Source: Octopus sinensis
Taxonomy: Eukaryota
Assembly: GCF_006345805.1 (NCBI RefSeq)
Contig: NC_042998.1
Span: 162,874,001-162,938,000 of the forward strand
Reading direction: 5' to 3'
DNA length: 64,000 nt
Shown here: positions 1 to 13,313 of the stretch, piece by piece
Layout: each line of letters begins with the position of its first letter
Position numbering within the stretch: the first letter of the stretch is position 1
The notes under the pieces: generated by a model
What the model saw: the letters and a program-made list of their open reading frames with translations, nothing else
What the model was told of the DNA's origin: nothing
Database searches by the model: none
Position numbers and translations under genes: made by a program

Positions 1-230
1 CAAAAGGTCCTTGAATAAGGATTGTTTAAGGATGTTGAACGAACCACCACCCATGTTTCCAAAGGTGAATTATCCAAACCTCCAAGAATTCCTTTCAACA
101 CACGGCTATGATACTCCCTTACTACTTCTGCTCATGATCAGAGATGCACATATCGTCAGCCACTAAGGTCAAACAACTGACAAGAAAATCTGTGGTATTG
201 AGTAGAATATTTGCTGTAGCCCATCTTTTA

Positions 231-310
<80 letters not shown>

Positions 311-868
311 TGAGTGAGAGAGCAGTGCATGCCATCAAAGTGGCACTGGGGTAAAATATACGAAGCCCAGTATACCCATCATGACTACCCGTCTGATAAA
401 GGTACACCAGGCACATGCATCACAACCATATGTGCGCGACATGGTGATTTCATATGAAGATAAACAGCACATGACCTTACAGGTGGGGCCCAGTTAAAAT
501 TTTCTTCTGGTCGAGTAACCCATCCCGCTCAAAAGGTCCTTGAATAAGGGTTGTTTAAGGATGTTGAACGAAACACCTATGTTTCCAGAAGTGAATTATT
601 CAAACTCCATAGAATCCCTCTCAACACATGGCTATGATGCTCCCCCACTACTTCCGCTCGTGATCAGAGATGCACATATTGTCAGCCACTAAAGGACATG
701 CTCAACTGGTTAAGGTCAAACAACTGACAAGCAAATCTGTGGTATTGAGCAGAATATTTGCTGTAGCCCATCTTTTATACCAAGACAAAACAATGTACAT
801 GATAACACTTCCAATCAGTTAAGATCAGAAGCCATGAGAGCCACTGCCTGGTACTGCATCAGGGCATT
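311..868. mobile_element. ~555-bp interspersed repeat embedded in (TTA)n on both sides; class unassigned
   Basis: Runs from tgagtgagagagcagtgcatgcc to gcatcagggcattt with (TTA)n at both ends. Homologous copies at 1-228 (partial), ~1174-1207 (left end only), ~1622-2280 (interrupted by a family-A SINE at ~2058-2190) and ~29687-29872 (right end only). No recognisable ORF or tRNA head. Confidence 0.8.
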
Positions 869-876
869 TATTATTA

Positions 877-931
<55 letters not shown>

Positions 932-1133
932 TATCATTATTATTTTAGCAGAATAGTTAGCACGCTGGGCAAAATGCTTCGTGGCACTCACATTCTGAGT
1001 TCAAATTCCACAGAGGGCGACTTTGTCTTTCATCCTTTCGGGATGAAATGTGTACTAGTGGGAAACTGGGGGGTGATGTAATCCACCTGTCCCTTCACCC
1101 CAAATTACAGGCCTTGTACCTATAGTAGAAAGG

Positions 1134-1175
<42 letters not shown>

Positions 1176-2774
1176 GAATGAGAGAGCAGCGCTTGCCAAC
1201 AAAGTGATGAGGTATTGATGACCTTGTGTGTTTGTTCTCTGTTCGTCTGTGCCTTCAGTGCATTTAGTATGTCTTTCCGTCCGTTTGCTTATTACTATAC
1301 GTGTCTGACTTCTGAACATATATATAATATAGTAGTATGTATATCATATATAAAATAGAAACATAGCTGAAAGCCTAATTAGCTACAGTTTTCATCCCGA
1401 AAAGCCATCTCGTGCAGAAATATATCTGTAATATATAAAAAAAATAAATTGTTAAAAACGCTTTACGTCTATGAGAGATACTTTCTCGGGACATATTCCG
1501 CTGTTAATTAGGATACAATAATGTATCTACGATGCACAAATTACTAGTTTAATACAGATTTTGTCGCATATAACAAACATATGATTATTATTACTGTTCT
1601 TGTTGTTATTTTTGTTATTATTGTGTGAGAGAGAAAAATGCATGCCATCCAAAGTGACACTAGGGTACAAATAAACGAAGCCCGGTATACCCATCATGAC
1701 TATTCGTTTGATAAGAGTGCATTAGGCACACAACCATATGTGCGCGACATAGTGATCTCATATCAACTTAAACAACGCATGACCTTACAGGTGGGGCCCA
1801 GTTAGAATTTTCTTCGGATCAGGTAGCCCATCCCACTCAAAAGGTTTCCGAATAAGGTTCGTTTAAGGATAATGAACGAAACACCCATATCTCCAAAGGT
1901 AAATTATTAAAACCCTAAAAAATTCCTCTCAACACATGGCTATAATGCTCTCCTGCTACTTCTGCTCGTGTTCAAAGATGTACAAGTCGTCAACCACTAA
2001 GGGACATGTTCAACTGGTTATGGTCAAGCAAATGACAAGCAAATCTGTGGTATTCTTTTCTCCTCTTGGCATTAGGCCCGAAATTTTGGGGAAGTGGGCC
2101 AGTGGATTAGATCGACCCCAGGACGCAACTGGTACTTAATTTATCGACCCCGAAAGGATGAAAGACAAAGTCGACCTCGGTAGAATTTGAGTATTTGCTG
2201 TAGCCCATCCTTTATACCAAGACAAAACATGTACATGATAACACTTTCAATCAATTAAGATGAGAAGTCATGGGAGCCAGTCACATTATTATTATTATTA
2301 TCCATCTTTTTTAGTGTTAAATTCTCATTAGCTGGAACCGATAAGTCGTTTCGAGGGCTTTTTTTTCCTGATGAAAACTCAAACTTATTATTGAGACAAC
2401 TAGAATATTGATACCTATTACCTTACTTTTTGCATTCAGCTCAGTTTTACGTATTAATTTAATTCGTCAATAAAATTCTTTCCTAATCTCTTTTTCATTT
2501 GCCTTATACACTAATCCATTGATTCCTAAGTATTTGTATGTCTGTGTTTGGTTTAATTCTCTCTCCTCAGTTTCTTTATCTTGTGTGATATTCGTGTGAT
2601 ATTCGTATTCTTAATTACTTTTCTCTCTTCAACGTCACTTTGGCGCATTTTTCTAAGCCTGAATTTCATAATTATTAGTTTCGGGTAAACCCGTGTCTCC
2701 ACGAGTTGTTTATCATTTGCAACGTACAACTTTGAGATCATCCATATACAAAAGATAGTTGTCTGTCTTGCCAT

Positions 2775-3046
<272 letters not shown>

Positions 3047-3619
3047 TAGGGCGGCAAGGTGGGAGAATCGTTAGTACGCCGGGCAAAAGTGTTTTGCGGC
3101 ATTTCGCCCGTCTTTACATTCTGAGTTCAAATTCCACCGAAGTCGATTTGGCCTTTCTTCCTTCCGAGGCCGATAAAATTAGTACCAGCTGAATACCGAA
3201 TTCAATATAATCAACTTCTGAAATTGCTGGTCTTGTGCCAAAATTTGAAATCATCATCATTATTATTATTATTATCATTATTGCTGTCGTTGTTCTTGTT
3301 GTTAATGTTGCTGTTACTACTACTACTACTACTACTACTACTTTCGTTGTCGTTGCTGTTACTCTTACAGCTGCTCTTGTTTCTTCGATTCCGTCTTCTC
3401 AATACGATCCCATGACAACTGCTACCAGCATCCTGCAACTCAACTCACAAGTTTGAAGCAACTGAAAGAAGTTACTCTCCTTCACGACATCCAAAAGCAC
3501 ACACGTACCACCATACAAACACTTATATTCAGACCCACATAACACATACAGACACATGCGCACATGCATTTATACAAACACCCATACATACATACACACA
3601 CAGACACACACACACACAT

Positions 3620-3650
<31 letters not shown>

Positions 3651-4084
3651 AGTGCGTATACGCCCACGCATACCATCAAGCGTATACTCGTACACTTTAT
3701 CAAAGCAAGTTTGATAAAATAAATGTTGATGATTGCCAGAAGTCATCGAGAGCGTAGTGAAGGGTGCTCTGCGCATGCGGAGGGGAGCAGGTTTACCTAG
3801 AGCGCTGTTGGTGGTTTGGGTGATAGTAATGTTAATTTTAGTAATGGCAGTAATGATGATAGTGTGGCGGCGGCAGCGGCGGCGGCGGCGGTGCCGGTGG
3901 TGGAGGTGGTGGTGGTGGTGGTGGTGGTGGTGGTGACAGTTTTGTTCAGTGTTGATGTTTCATGCTGGTATTGGATTATGTACTTGCATGTCATTCTGTA
4001 CATTTTATTTACAAATTTTTTTTTGTTCTTTTACAACGATGTCTCTTTGCATTTCTCTGTAGGTGAAAGTGTGAACGTGCACGC

Positions 4085-4600
<516 letters not shown>

Positions 4601-4625
4601 ATAGATATGTATGTACGTACGCACG

Positions 4626-5515
4626 TACGAGGAGACGCATTCCAGAATATTTGAGACTCTTTTAAGAGAGGCAGTTAAAAACTGTTCTAGATTATTTAAA
4701 TTTTAGTCTATTATCATTATACATCTGTCAGCTTGTGTTATTCCAGATTGAAGGAGATAGCCGTAACAGTACTTTGAACATACCCTGATAGACACCGCTT
4801 GTAACAGCTGAGTAGCTTGTTAAATGTGGTCGGGACGTTTGGAAACTCGCTTTGCAATAAAATTTTGCATTAAACTGGGCAAAAACACTATAGAAACTTA
4901 TGAAGTGCTTCAGATTGTTTATGGATTAAGTTTTTCGCTGGCACAAGAAGTACAAGGACGGTAGAGAAGAAGTGAGAGATGATAAAGGACTGACAGGAAG
5001 AGGGATGTCAGAACATTAGAGCTGGTTAAGAAAATGTTCACATTTCTCTGATTGAAGACCTTTGTGTATCCGTAAAGACAAAAAGAACGGAGTTTGGAAT
5101 TGGTGTTGCAACTGTACACAGGATTATTCCTGAAGATCTGAACATGTGCAAAATTTGTGCAAAGTTTGTCCCAAGGGTGCTCAATGACAAGCATCTCGGT
5201 TATCAACTACTTGATGGAGATAAGCATCAAAGCTGTCCCTCAACCTCCCCACAGACCTGGCCATATTCTCTTGTAACTTTTGGTTGTTCCTCACACTGAA
5301 TGAGAACCTCAGAAGTAGTCGTTTGGAAAATGAAGGAGGCTGTGACAAGGGTACTGGACACCTTCAGTTTGGAGGACTTTTGTGGAGCCTCTACAAAGTG
5401 ACTGGAGTGCTGCAACAAGTGCATTGAAGTCAGGGATCCCTCTTTTGAGATCAGAATTTTGTACTTTTTAAAAAAATTAATAAATGTCTCTGAAAACTTC
5501 TAGAATGCAGAAGTA
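4626..5515 (+). mobile_element. internally deleted, degenerate mariner DNA transposon
   Basis: Manual translation across frameshifts: FAIKFCIKLGKNTIETYEVLQIVYG (from 4851), FRWHKKYKDGREEVRDD, VATVHRIIPEDLNMCKICAKFVPRVLND, then QPPH-PDLA..CNFWLF and MKEAVTRVLDTF..CNKCIE. These match mariner HTH, WVP-like and YSPDL motifs. The ends are imperfect inverted repeats (gcattccagaatatttgagac vs gtctctgaaaacttctagaatgc). Confidence 0.85.
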
Positions 5516-6112
5516 TATATAGAATTCGTTACACAAACATGAAGTATTTGCAACCGAGCGATTAAGAAACATATCAAAATAGATATATGAATTTCACCTC
5601 TGACTCGGGGCCGTGTATTTTAGCTGGGCGTTGCATAAGAAATGCATTATCTAATGTCCTTTCCCTACTTAAGACTCTCATTTCTTCAAGTAATTCATCT
5701 AAAATGTATATTGTCTTCTGGAATAAATTCCAAGTAGTATGCTTTAAATTCGTTGCAGTATTAAATAGTTGCTAAACTTACTGCAGTTTTGAGCTACGGT
5801 AAGCTTAAGGATCAGTGTGTGTCATATCAAGAAGCGTCAGCTGTAATACTGTGCGAGAGTTTAACAAATTCCATATTGGTTGAACTGTGACAACCAGTAG
5901 AAATTTCGGATTACAATACGATATCTACATCGAAATTAGTAAATGTATTAACACATCACAAATTTTAAAAAACTGTAAATGCCTTACTGTTATAACGTAT
6001 ACAAATTTTGAGATCTTCCCTGATCGAGCAAATATTTTATCAAAAGCCTTCCAAATCTAACTTAAGATTTGATTTCAGTTATAATATCTGAATTTATTTC
6101 GCGTGGGTCAAT

Positions 6113-6392
6113 AAACACACGCACTGGTTCTGTTAAACTTCTTTATCTTTATTAGACAATCGGTTAACCGCTGAGCCAATTAGCTAACATATTTTTCGAT
6201 TCACTCAACCAATCAATAGAGAGGGCGTGTCATTGATGAGCTAGCGAATAGCAATGAAAGGACTTAGAAAATCTTATCATATTGATTGCTTGATTGAAAG
6301 AGTAATTAAACAATCGATTAGCTACTTGGTTAGGTGACTAACCAGTTGACTAATAAAGATAAAGAAGTGAAATTGAGCCAGTGCGTGTGTTT
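6113..6392. mobile_element. MITE-like element with ~75-bp imperfect TIRs
   Basis: aaacacacgcactggttc...cttctttatctttattag at the left; ctaataaagataaagaag...gccagtgcgtgtgttt at the right is its reverse complement. Confidence 0.75.
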
Positions 6393-7357
6393 CTTAACAT
6401 AATGATCCTCACGTGATATAACACGAGTTTACATCAAGAATCTTGCAAACCAAATACAAAAACGAAATATTTGAATGTATATTCTTCAATATGACATTCC
6501 TTTCTTTTTAAATTATGGCACATATCTGATAGTGTTCTGGCTGCTATTTCTAGCGACCACTTATAGGCATCCTCATTGACTAGCATTTATATTTATATCT
6601 TCCAAAAATTGCTATTAACTGTTCTTATCTAATTTATCTCCCCTGTTTGTTGTTTTTAGATTTTAAACATCCTTAGAGGGTATTTTTCTCAAGTAATTAC
6701 GTGGTTAATCTCAGATGATCGAACTTTTTCAACTCAGTAAATTACATATGTGAGACCCAACTGTATTTATATTTAGCATGCAGTGAGTACCCTTGGGTAT
6801 TTTTCTTCAGTCTTATTGTTTATAGTCTTGCTAAATAGTTTGTGATAAGATTTGCACAAAGTATGAAACTGCACTAAATTCGACACCAATCCCTTGCTGC
6901 TCAGAACTGAAATGGAGATGGGGTATATTCTCTCATAGTCTCATTCATTAAACAACGAACTTTTATACGTTCTAAACATTTAAGAAAAATACTTCTGTAC
7001 AAGGATTTGTTAAGTGTTCGCGTTAGCTGTATTTAATGTATTATTAGGAATTCTAAGGATAGGAAGGCAGTGAATACGATATCCTTATACTGCTACCACT
7101 AACGTACCAGTAATATGCTGAGATTAATGCAGTCGTTTGCACTCTTCACTTTCTATAAAACAAAACAAAAAATAAGACGGATTTAAAAGAAATTATTGTT
7201 ATAGAATAGTTGTGTGGTAAGCAGTTTGCTCTCTAGTCACAGGGTTTCGAGTTCAGTACCACAGTTCGTGGGACCTTAAGCACATATCTTCTCCTATACT
7301 TCTTTTCCGACCAGCGCCTTGTGAATTTGGTAGACGGAAGTTAAAAGAGGCCCATCG

Positions 7358-7400
<43 letters not shown>

Positions 7401-7425
7401 TGTGTGTGTGTGTTGTGTGTGTCTG

Positions 7426-7456
<31 letters not shown>

Positions 7457-7730
7457 CCCCTCACCGTTTGACAGACAGTGGTAGTTTTTTCCGCCACCAG
7501 AACTTAGTGGTGCGGCATAAAATATCGATATAAGTATCAGGCTATAAGGAATAAGTATTGAGATTGATTTGTTCGACTAAAACCCCTCAAGGCGGTGCTC
7601 CAGCATGGTCGCAGTCCTATGATTGAGACAAATAAAAGATGAAAGAGAACATGTAAGTGTATAATAGCAAGTAAACACATACATGTACAAACATCTATTT
7701 ATCTATCTATCTCTCATGTATATATATATG

Positions 7731-7767
<37 letters not shown>

Positions 7768-8303
7768 ATACATGAGAGAGAGAGAGATAAATAGATGTTT
7801 ATACATGTTTGTGTGTTTATATATATATATATAATCTTTTATCTTTTACATGTTTTAGCAATTTGACTGAGGCCATACTGGAGTGCCACCTTGAAGGCTT
7901 TTAGTCGAATACATTGACCTCAAGAGTTATTTGTTAAAGTAATTATTCTATCATTTGTTTTGCCGAACCACTAAGTTACAGAGATGTAAACGCACCAACA
8001 CTACTTATCAAGTGGTGGTGGAGGCAAATACACATACACACGCATATATACGAAGGCATCTTTCTGTTTCAGTCCACTAAATCCACTCACAAGGCTTTGG
8101 TCGGCCCGAGGCTATAGTAGAAGACACTTACCCAAGGTGCCACTCAGAGGGACTGAACCCGGAACTATATGGTTAAGGCACAGGCTTCTACCACACAGCT
8201 ACGCCTGCGCCTATATATATGGGGTCAATGTATTCGACTAAAAGCCTTCAAGGTGGCACTCCAGTATGGCCTCAGTCAAATTGCTAAAACAAGTAAAAGA
8301 TAA

Positions 8304-8341
<38 letters not shown>

Positions 8342-8504
8342 TGACGTATATTTGCCATCTCAATATGGCTACCCCTAAGGGTGTGTGCTACTGTAGTATT
8401 TAGCCCCAGGAGGACACACTCCTCCAGCTGGCCATAGACACACTTTCTGTGTCCTGTCAGTATTTGCAAAGGGAAGTCATCCTTCCCGTTTTCAACTTAT
8501 GATA

Positions 8505-8549
8505 CACACGGACTCGAGTTTCGAGGTATTGACCTCTCGTCAGCGTGTG
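8505..8549 (-). ncRNA. minimal type-I hammerhead ribozyme, unit 1
   Basis: Minus strand reads CACACG-CUGACGA-GAGG-UCAAUA-CCUC-GAAA-CUCGAG-UC^CGUGUG: 6-bp helix I, complete core, 4-bp helix II, palindromic helix III (ACUCGAGU), GUC triplet. Predicted cut between 8511 and 8510. Confidence 0.92.
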
Positions 8550-8856
8550 ACAATCATAGTTGTCGGCGAGAATTAGATTTCCTTCACAAATACTTATACT
8601 TTTTCCAGCGTCCACTGTCGCTGATATTGAAAAAGTGAAATCAAACAATGATAAATATCAAAGTGAGTTATATACAGTAGCGGTAACACATCGTGACGTA
8701 TATTTGCCATCTCAATATGGCTACCCCTAAGGGTGGGTGCTACTGTAGTATTTAGCCCCAGGAGGACACACTCCTCCAGCTGGCCATAGACACACTTTCT
8801 GTGTCCTGTCAGTATTTGCAAAGGGAAGTCGTCCTTCCCGTTTTCAACTTATGATA

Positions 8857-8901
8857 CACACGGACTCGAGTTTCGAGGTATTGACCTCTCGTCAGCGTGT
8901 G
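8857..8901 (-). ncRNA. minimal type-I hammerhead ribozyme, unit 2
   Basis: Identical to the unit-1 HHR, 352 bp away. Predicted cut between 8863 and 8862. Confidence 0.92.
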
Positions 8902-9271
8902 ACAATCATAGTTGTCGGCGAGAATTAGATTTCCTTCACAAATACTTATACTTTTTCCAGCGTCCACTGTCGCTGATATTGAAAAAGTGAAATCAAACAA
9001 TGATAAATATCAAAGTGAGTTATATACAGTAGCGGTAACACATCGTGACGTATATTTGCCATCTCAATATGGCTACCCCTAAGGGTGGGTGCTACTGTAG
9101 TATTTAGCCCCAGGACACAGAAAGTGTGTCTATGGCCAGCTGGAGGAGTGTGTCCTCCTGGGGCTAAATACTACAGTAGCACCCACCCTTAGGGGTAGCC
9201 ATATTGAGATGGCAAATATACGTCACGATGTGTTACCGCTACTGTATATAACTCACTTTGATATTTATCAT

Positions 9272-9308
<37 letters not shown>

Positions 9309-11764
9309 TTTGTGTGTGTGTGTGTGTGTGTGGAGAGAGAGAGACAGACAGACCGATACAGACAGACATTCTTCAATACAAAAGTATACAACTGCTATGC
9401 ATAACGCTGAGATACTGTTCTACAGACCACATAGTGATAAATTCAAATGGTTACACGTCTTCTTGCAGCTATTGTATTGTTCTCCCCACGAATAAAGCGC
9501 ATAACTCAGCTTACTACGGTTTTCCTGAATGACAAAAGGAAACGTAAATGAAAAAAAAAAAAAACGTATTAAAATATGTTCCACTCCCTACTTCATGGTT
9601 GAGTGGTTATTGGCAGGAAAGAGATCCGGCTGTAAAAACAATTGCTCCAATAAAACCGTGTCCCACCCAAAGAAATATGGACAAATGGATATAAAGTAGT
9701 GGAAAATAAATATTTTAAAAAAATCATTTCATGAGCTGGAAGACATTTTTCTTCATATTCGTTACATTTCTGTTGTTACTCTGTTGGTGTTGCTGTTGTT
9801 GTGGTGGTAGTGCTTGTTTGACAGCAGGGTGGTGAGTTTATACGAAGTAGAGTGTGCCCGAGTAATTTTCACTTGGGGTTTTTTTTTTTTTTTTCCTTAT
9901 TTTAATCTCGTCTGAGTTTAAATATTACTGAGAATTGACTTAGCAATTTCTTCTGGAAGGATACACGGAAAAAAAAAAAGAATTAATACAAGTATTTAAC
10001 TTGCATCGATTTAATCGTCAGTAAGCTAAGTTATTAAAAGGTAGACGTGTGTCAAGTCAAAGGAAATCTTATTGTAAATATAACTACCATCCTTTCGAGT
10101 AACTCACTATATCACAGATATAAAACGCTTTGTGTATCCTATATACAGAAAGCACCTCTTATGTAATTTCCCTCAGGCTTCTTATTGATATTCATAATCA
10201 GCGTCATTCCCAACCATATGGTTTCGGATTCAGCCCCACTGCATGGCACCTTGGGATAGTATCTTCTACTATAGCCTCGGCCTGACCAAGACCTTTTGAG
10301 TGGATTTGGAAAACGGAAACTAAACGAAGCTCGTCGTATATAACTATATGTGTGTGTATGTGTTTGTCCACCTACAACGCTTGACAACCGGTGTTGGTCT
10401 GTTTACGTCACCAGACCGACAGAATAAGTACAAGGCTTATTAAGAAATAAGTCATGGGGTCGATGCATTCGACTAAAATTTCTTCAAGACAGTGCCTGGC
10501 ATAGCCGCGATCTAATGACTTTAACAAGTAAAAGATAAAATATATAGATACATAGAAAGAAGTTTGCTTCATAAATGAATAAATATTATAATTAGCAGTG
10601 CAAAATATTCAAACATTGAAAAATATTGCACTTATGAATGGAAAGATTTATTTATATTTCTGTGTCAAAGTTTCCTGCAGTCTCCTTCTCTTAAGCTTTT
10701 TTTGTTAATATTTGTTTGATTACGTAACAATGAGCGACTAAAGTGCGTGCTCAATGTAACCTTTGGTGTTGCTATTGCAATTACTAAGATAAATGTTGTT
10801 GATAAATAAACTTTATGACAAGCCAAAATATCTATAGCTCAGTTGCGTTTCCTTTTGATGTTCTGTAAAACATGCAATTATGTTTACCATTTGATGCAAA
10901 AACACTACATCCTACATAACCACATTTACTTTAATTTACATAATTTTGATAAAGGTTGTCAGGTCTTTTTTTTTTAAACAAAATTGTATAAGGAAAGAAA
11001 AAATATTTTAAATGACGGAAGTAATATTCAAATTTTCAGCCAGTCTCGGTATTTCGCTTATATATTTTTTAAACATATCTCTCCTTAGATCATAGTCCTC
11101 GAAAACGTTGAATCGTAGCCAAATATTTATAGAATGATATGCAATACGCAAGAATTACGGGTTACCTTCAGCCATTTCAGTTTTGATTTGGGGGACGTCT
11201 GCTGCTGGAGATCACCGAAGGTTATTCATTCAACATCTTTTTTATTTTCTTCTTTCCACAACCGGTGTACAAAACCAGAACCATTTGGACTAAATGCCAA
11301 TCTCATTTCAACTCTCTCTCTCTCCCTCTCTCTCTCTATCTGTCTGTCTATCTATCTATCTCACTTTTTCTTTCTCACATATACACACACGCACATATTT
11401 GTGCAGTGGGGTTTGAATTGCATGACATATAACCGGTACTGAGAACTCCGTGTGTATCCATATACCTTGGAAGGAAAAACTGTAGAGGAGAACTCCTGCA
11501 TTATAGACAAAGTTAGGAAGGTCACTCAGTACAGATAGAAAAATAAAACAGGTAAATTAGTTCATACATGATGTAATTAAATACCTTATGAACTAACTCA
11601 CCAGTTTTGTTCACTCTCCCTCCTCTCTCTCTCTCCACTCATTCACACACACACACACACTCAGACACACGCACACACATACACATACACACACATGCAT
11701 TCCATCAGTTGTTCATAAGTCCGAATAAAAAGCAGATTAAGAATATTTTGAGCAGTAATATTTT

Positions 11765-12012
11765 ATGTAGTCGTAGGTTATGACAAGTCAGAAAGTTACC
11801 ATTGGTTTCACGTCAATTATTGTTCTTAGCAATACAGGCGACTCGGTAGAGCCGCTGGCTGGAGACAATTTTTTTACATAGCCTTTACCTCCATTAGAAA
11901 AAGATTGTGTGTCTGCGGCCAGCGGGCCTGATTTATCGCCTATATTGCGAAAAGCAGTAATAGGCGTGAAACCAATGGTAACTTCCTGACTGGCCATAAC
12001 CTACGACTACAT
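11765..12012. mobile_element. MITE with ~49-bp TIRs
   Basis: atgtagtcgtaggttatgacaagtcagaaagttaccattggtttcacg at the left; cgtgaaaccaatggtaacttcctgactggccataacctacgactacat at the right (about 3 mismatches). Confidence 0.8.
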
Positions 12013-12029
12013 TATGTGTGTGTGTGTAT

Positions 12030-12127
12030 TATATCGCAATACTACACAGTGGCTGTGTGTGCAACGAAATCCTCGTCGCCACTATTATATTGTAGCACAC
12101 ACAGCCACTGTGCAGTATTCGGATATA
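12030..12127. other. ~98-nt fold-back hairpin
   Basis: aatactacacagtggctgtgtgtgc and gcacacacagccactgtgcagtatt form a 25-bp stem with 1 mismatch, extended by tatatc/gatata, around a ~30-nt loop. Confidence 0.7.
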
Positions 12128-12145
12128 ACAGTGTGCGTGCGTATT

Positions 12146-12199
<54 letters not shown>

Positions 12200-12462
12200 A
12201 GTAGTAGTAGTAGTAGTAGTAGTATAGCGGCATGCGCTGTAACAGCGCGTTGCTATATATCATCACCACCCCACTCCCGTTAGTTGGTGATTACCTACTC
12301 CTGGCCGATGACACCTTTGCACCACCCAGACAACAAGCCCACAAAACATAAGTCTATTCGGGTAGTCGTTGCTCATGAGTATTTTATGAGATCGGGTGCA
12401 AATCCAACCTCAACCACTTTTTACGACTCGCAGAGGAAACGTTGGATCTATTCTTTGATATG

Positions 12463-12522
<60 letters not shown>

Positions 12523-12745
12523 GACACACACACATATACCGACAACCCGTGTTCGTTTGCTTACGTCCCCGTAACTTTGCGGTTCAGCAAAAATGAACGA
12601 CAGAATAAGTACCAGGAATTAGAAAGAAAAGTATTGGGGTCAATCCGTTCGACTGAAATTCTTCAAAACGCTACCGAAATATTTTGTTGGTTTTAATTTT
12701 GACCGCTTTAGATAAATATATCCAGACCTCTGATGAGATGGTTCA

Positions 12746-13157
12746 CTGTGTTGTAAGTAGCTTGCTTACCAACCACATGGTTCCGGGTTCAGTTCCAGTG
12801 CGTGGCACCATGGGCAAGTGTCTTCTACTATAAGCCTCGGGCCAACCAAAGCTTTGTGAGTGGATTTGGTAGACGGAAACTGAAAGAAGCCCGACGTATA
12901 TATGTATATGTGTATGTGTGTGTGTATATGTTTGTGTGTCTGTGTTTGTGTCCCCCTCCCCCCCTCCAACATCGCTTGACAACCGATGCTGGTGTGTTTA
13001 CGTCCTCGTAACTTAGCGGTTCGGCAAAAGAGCTCGATAGAATAAGTACTAGGCCTACAAAGAATAAGTCCTGGAGTCGATTTGCTCGGCTAAAGGCAGT
13101 GCTCCAGCATGGCCACAGTCAAATGACAATGCCTGAAATAAGTAAAAGAGTAAAGAG
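12746..13157 (+). mobile_element. tRNA-headed SINE family B (CORE-like segment, internal TA/TG microsatellite)
   Basis: Head ...gtaagtagcttgcttaccaaccacatggttccgggttcagttcc, then ggcaccatgggcaagtgtcttctac, an internal microsatellite, and a tail ending gaaataagtaaaagagtaaagag. Confidence 0.85.
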
Positions 13158-13313
13158 TATATTTTAAAACCAGTATCACGAATAAAAGGATATTGACTAC
13201 ATGTTTAGTGTTTAAGTGCCATACACATATCCACTGTATCTAAGATTCAATTATTAAACAAGTCGTTAATATATATATTATCGACAGAGGTAGTATTAAA
13301 TCGGGAGATAATA

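Larger units (their letters stand above)
8338..9272 (-). mobile_element. retrozyme/PLE-pLTR-like array: 2.2 tandem copies of a 352-bp HHR-containing unit plus an inverted 5' segment, inserted in (TA)n
   Basis: tcgtgacgta recurs at 8339, 8691 and 9043 (period 352; I found 2 substitutions between copies 1 and 2). 9111-9272 is the reverse complement of unit sequence. (TA)n lies immediately outside both ends. Each full unit has an HHR on the minus strand. Confidence 0.88.

Noticed and set aside
8338-9115. CRISPR or satellite-only interpretation of the 352-bp repeats
   Set aside because: There is no repeat-spacer alternation and no cas gene, and the context is eukaryotic. The embedded HHR and inversion explain the array better.
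12729-12745. Isolated CTGATGA matches (also ~2368, ~19658, ~20103)
   Set aside because: No helix II plus GAAA plus NUH arrangement follows.
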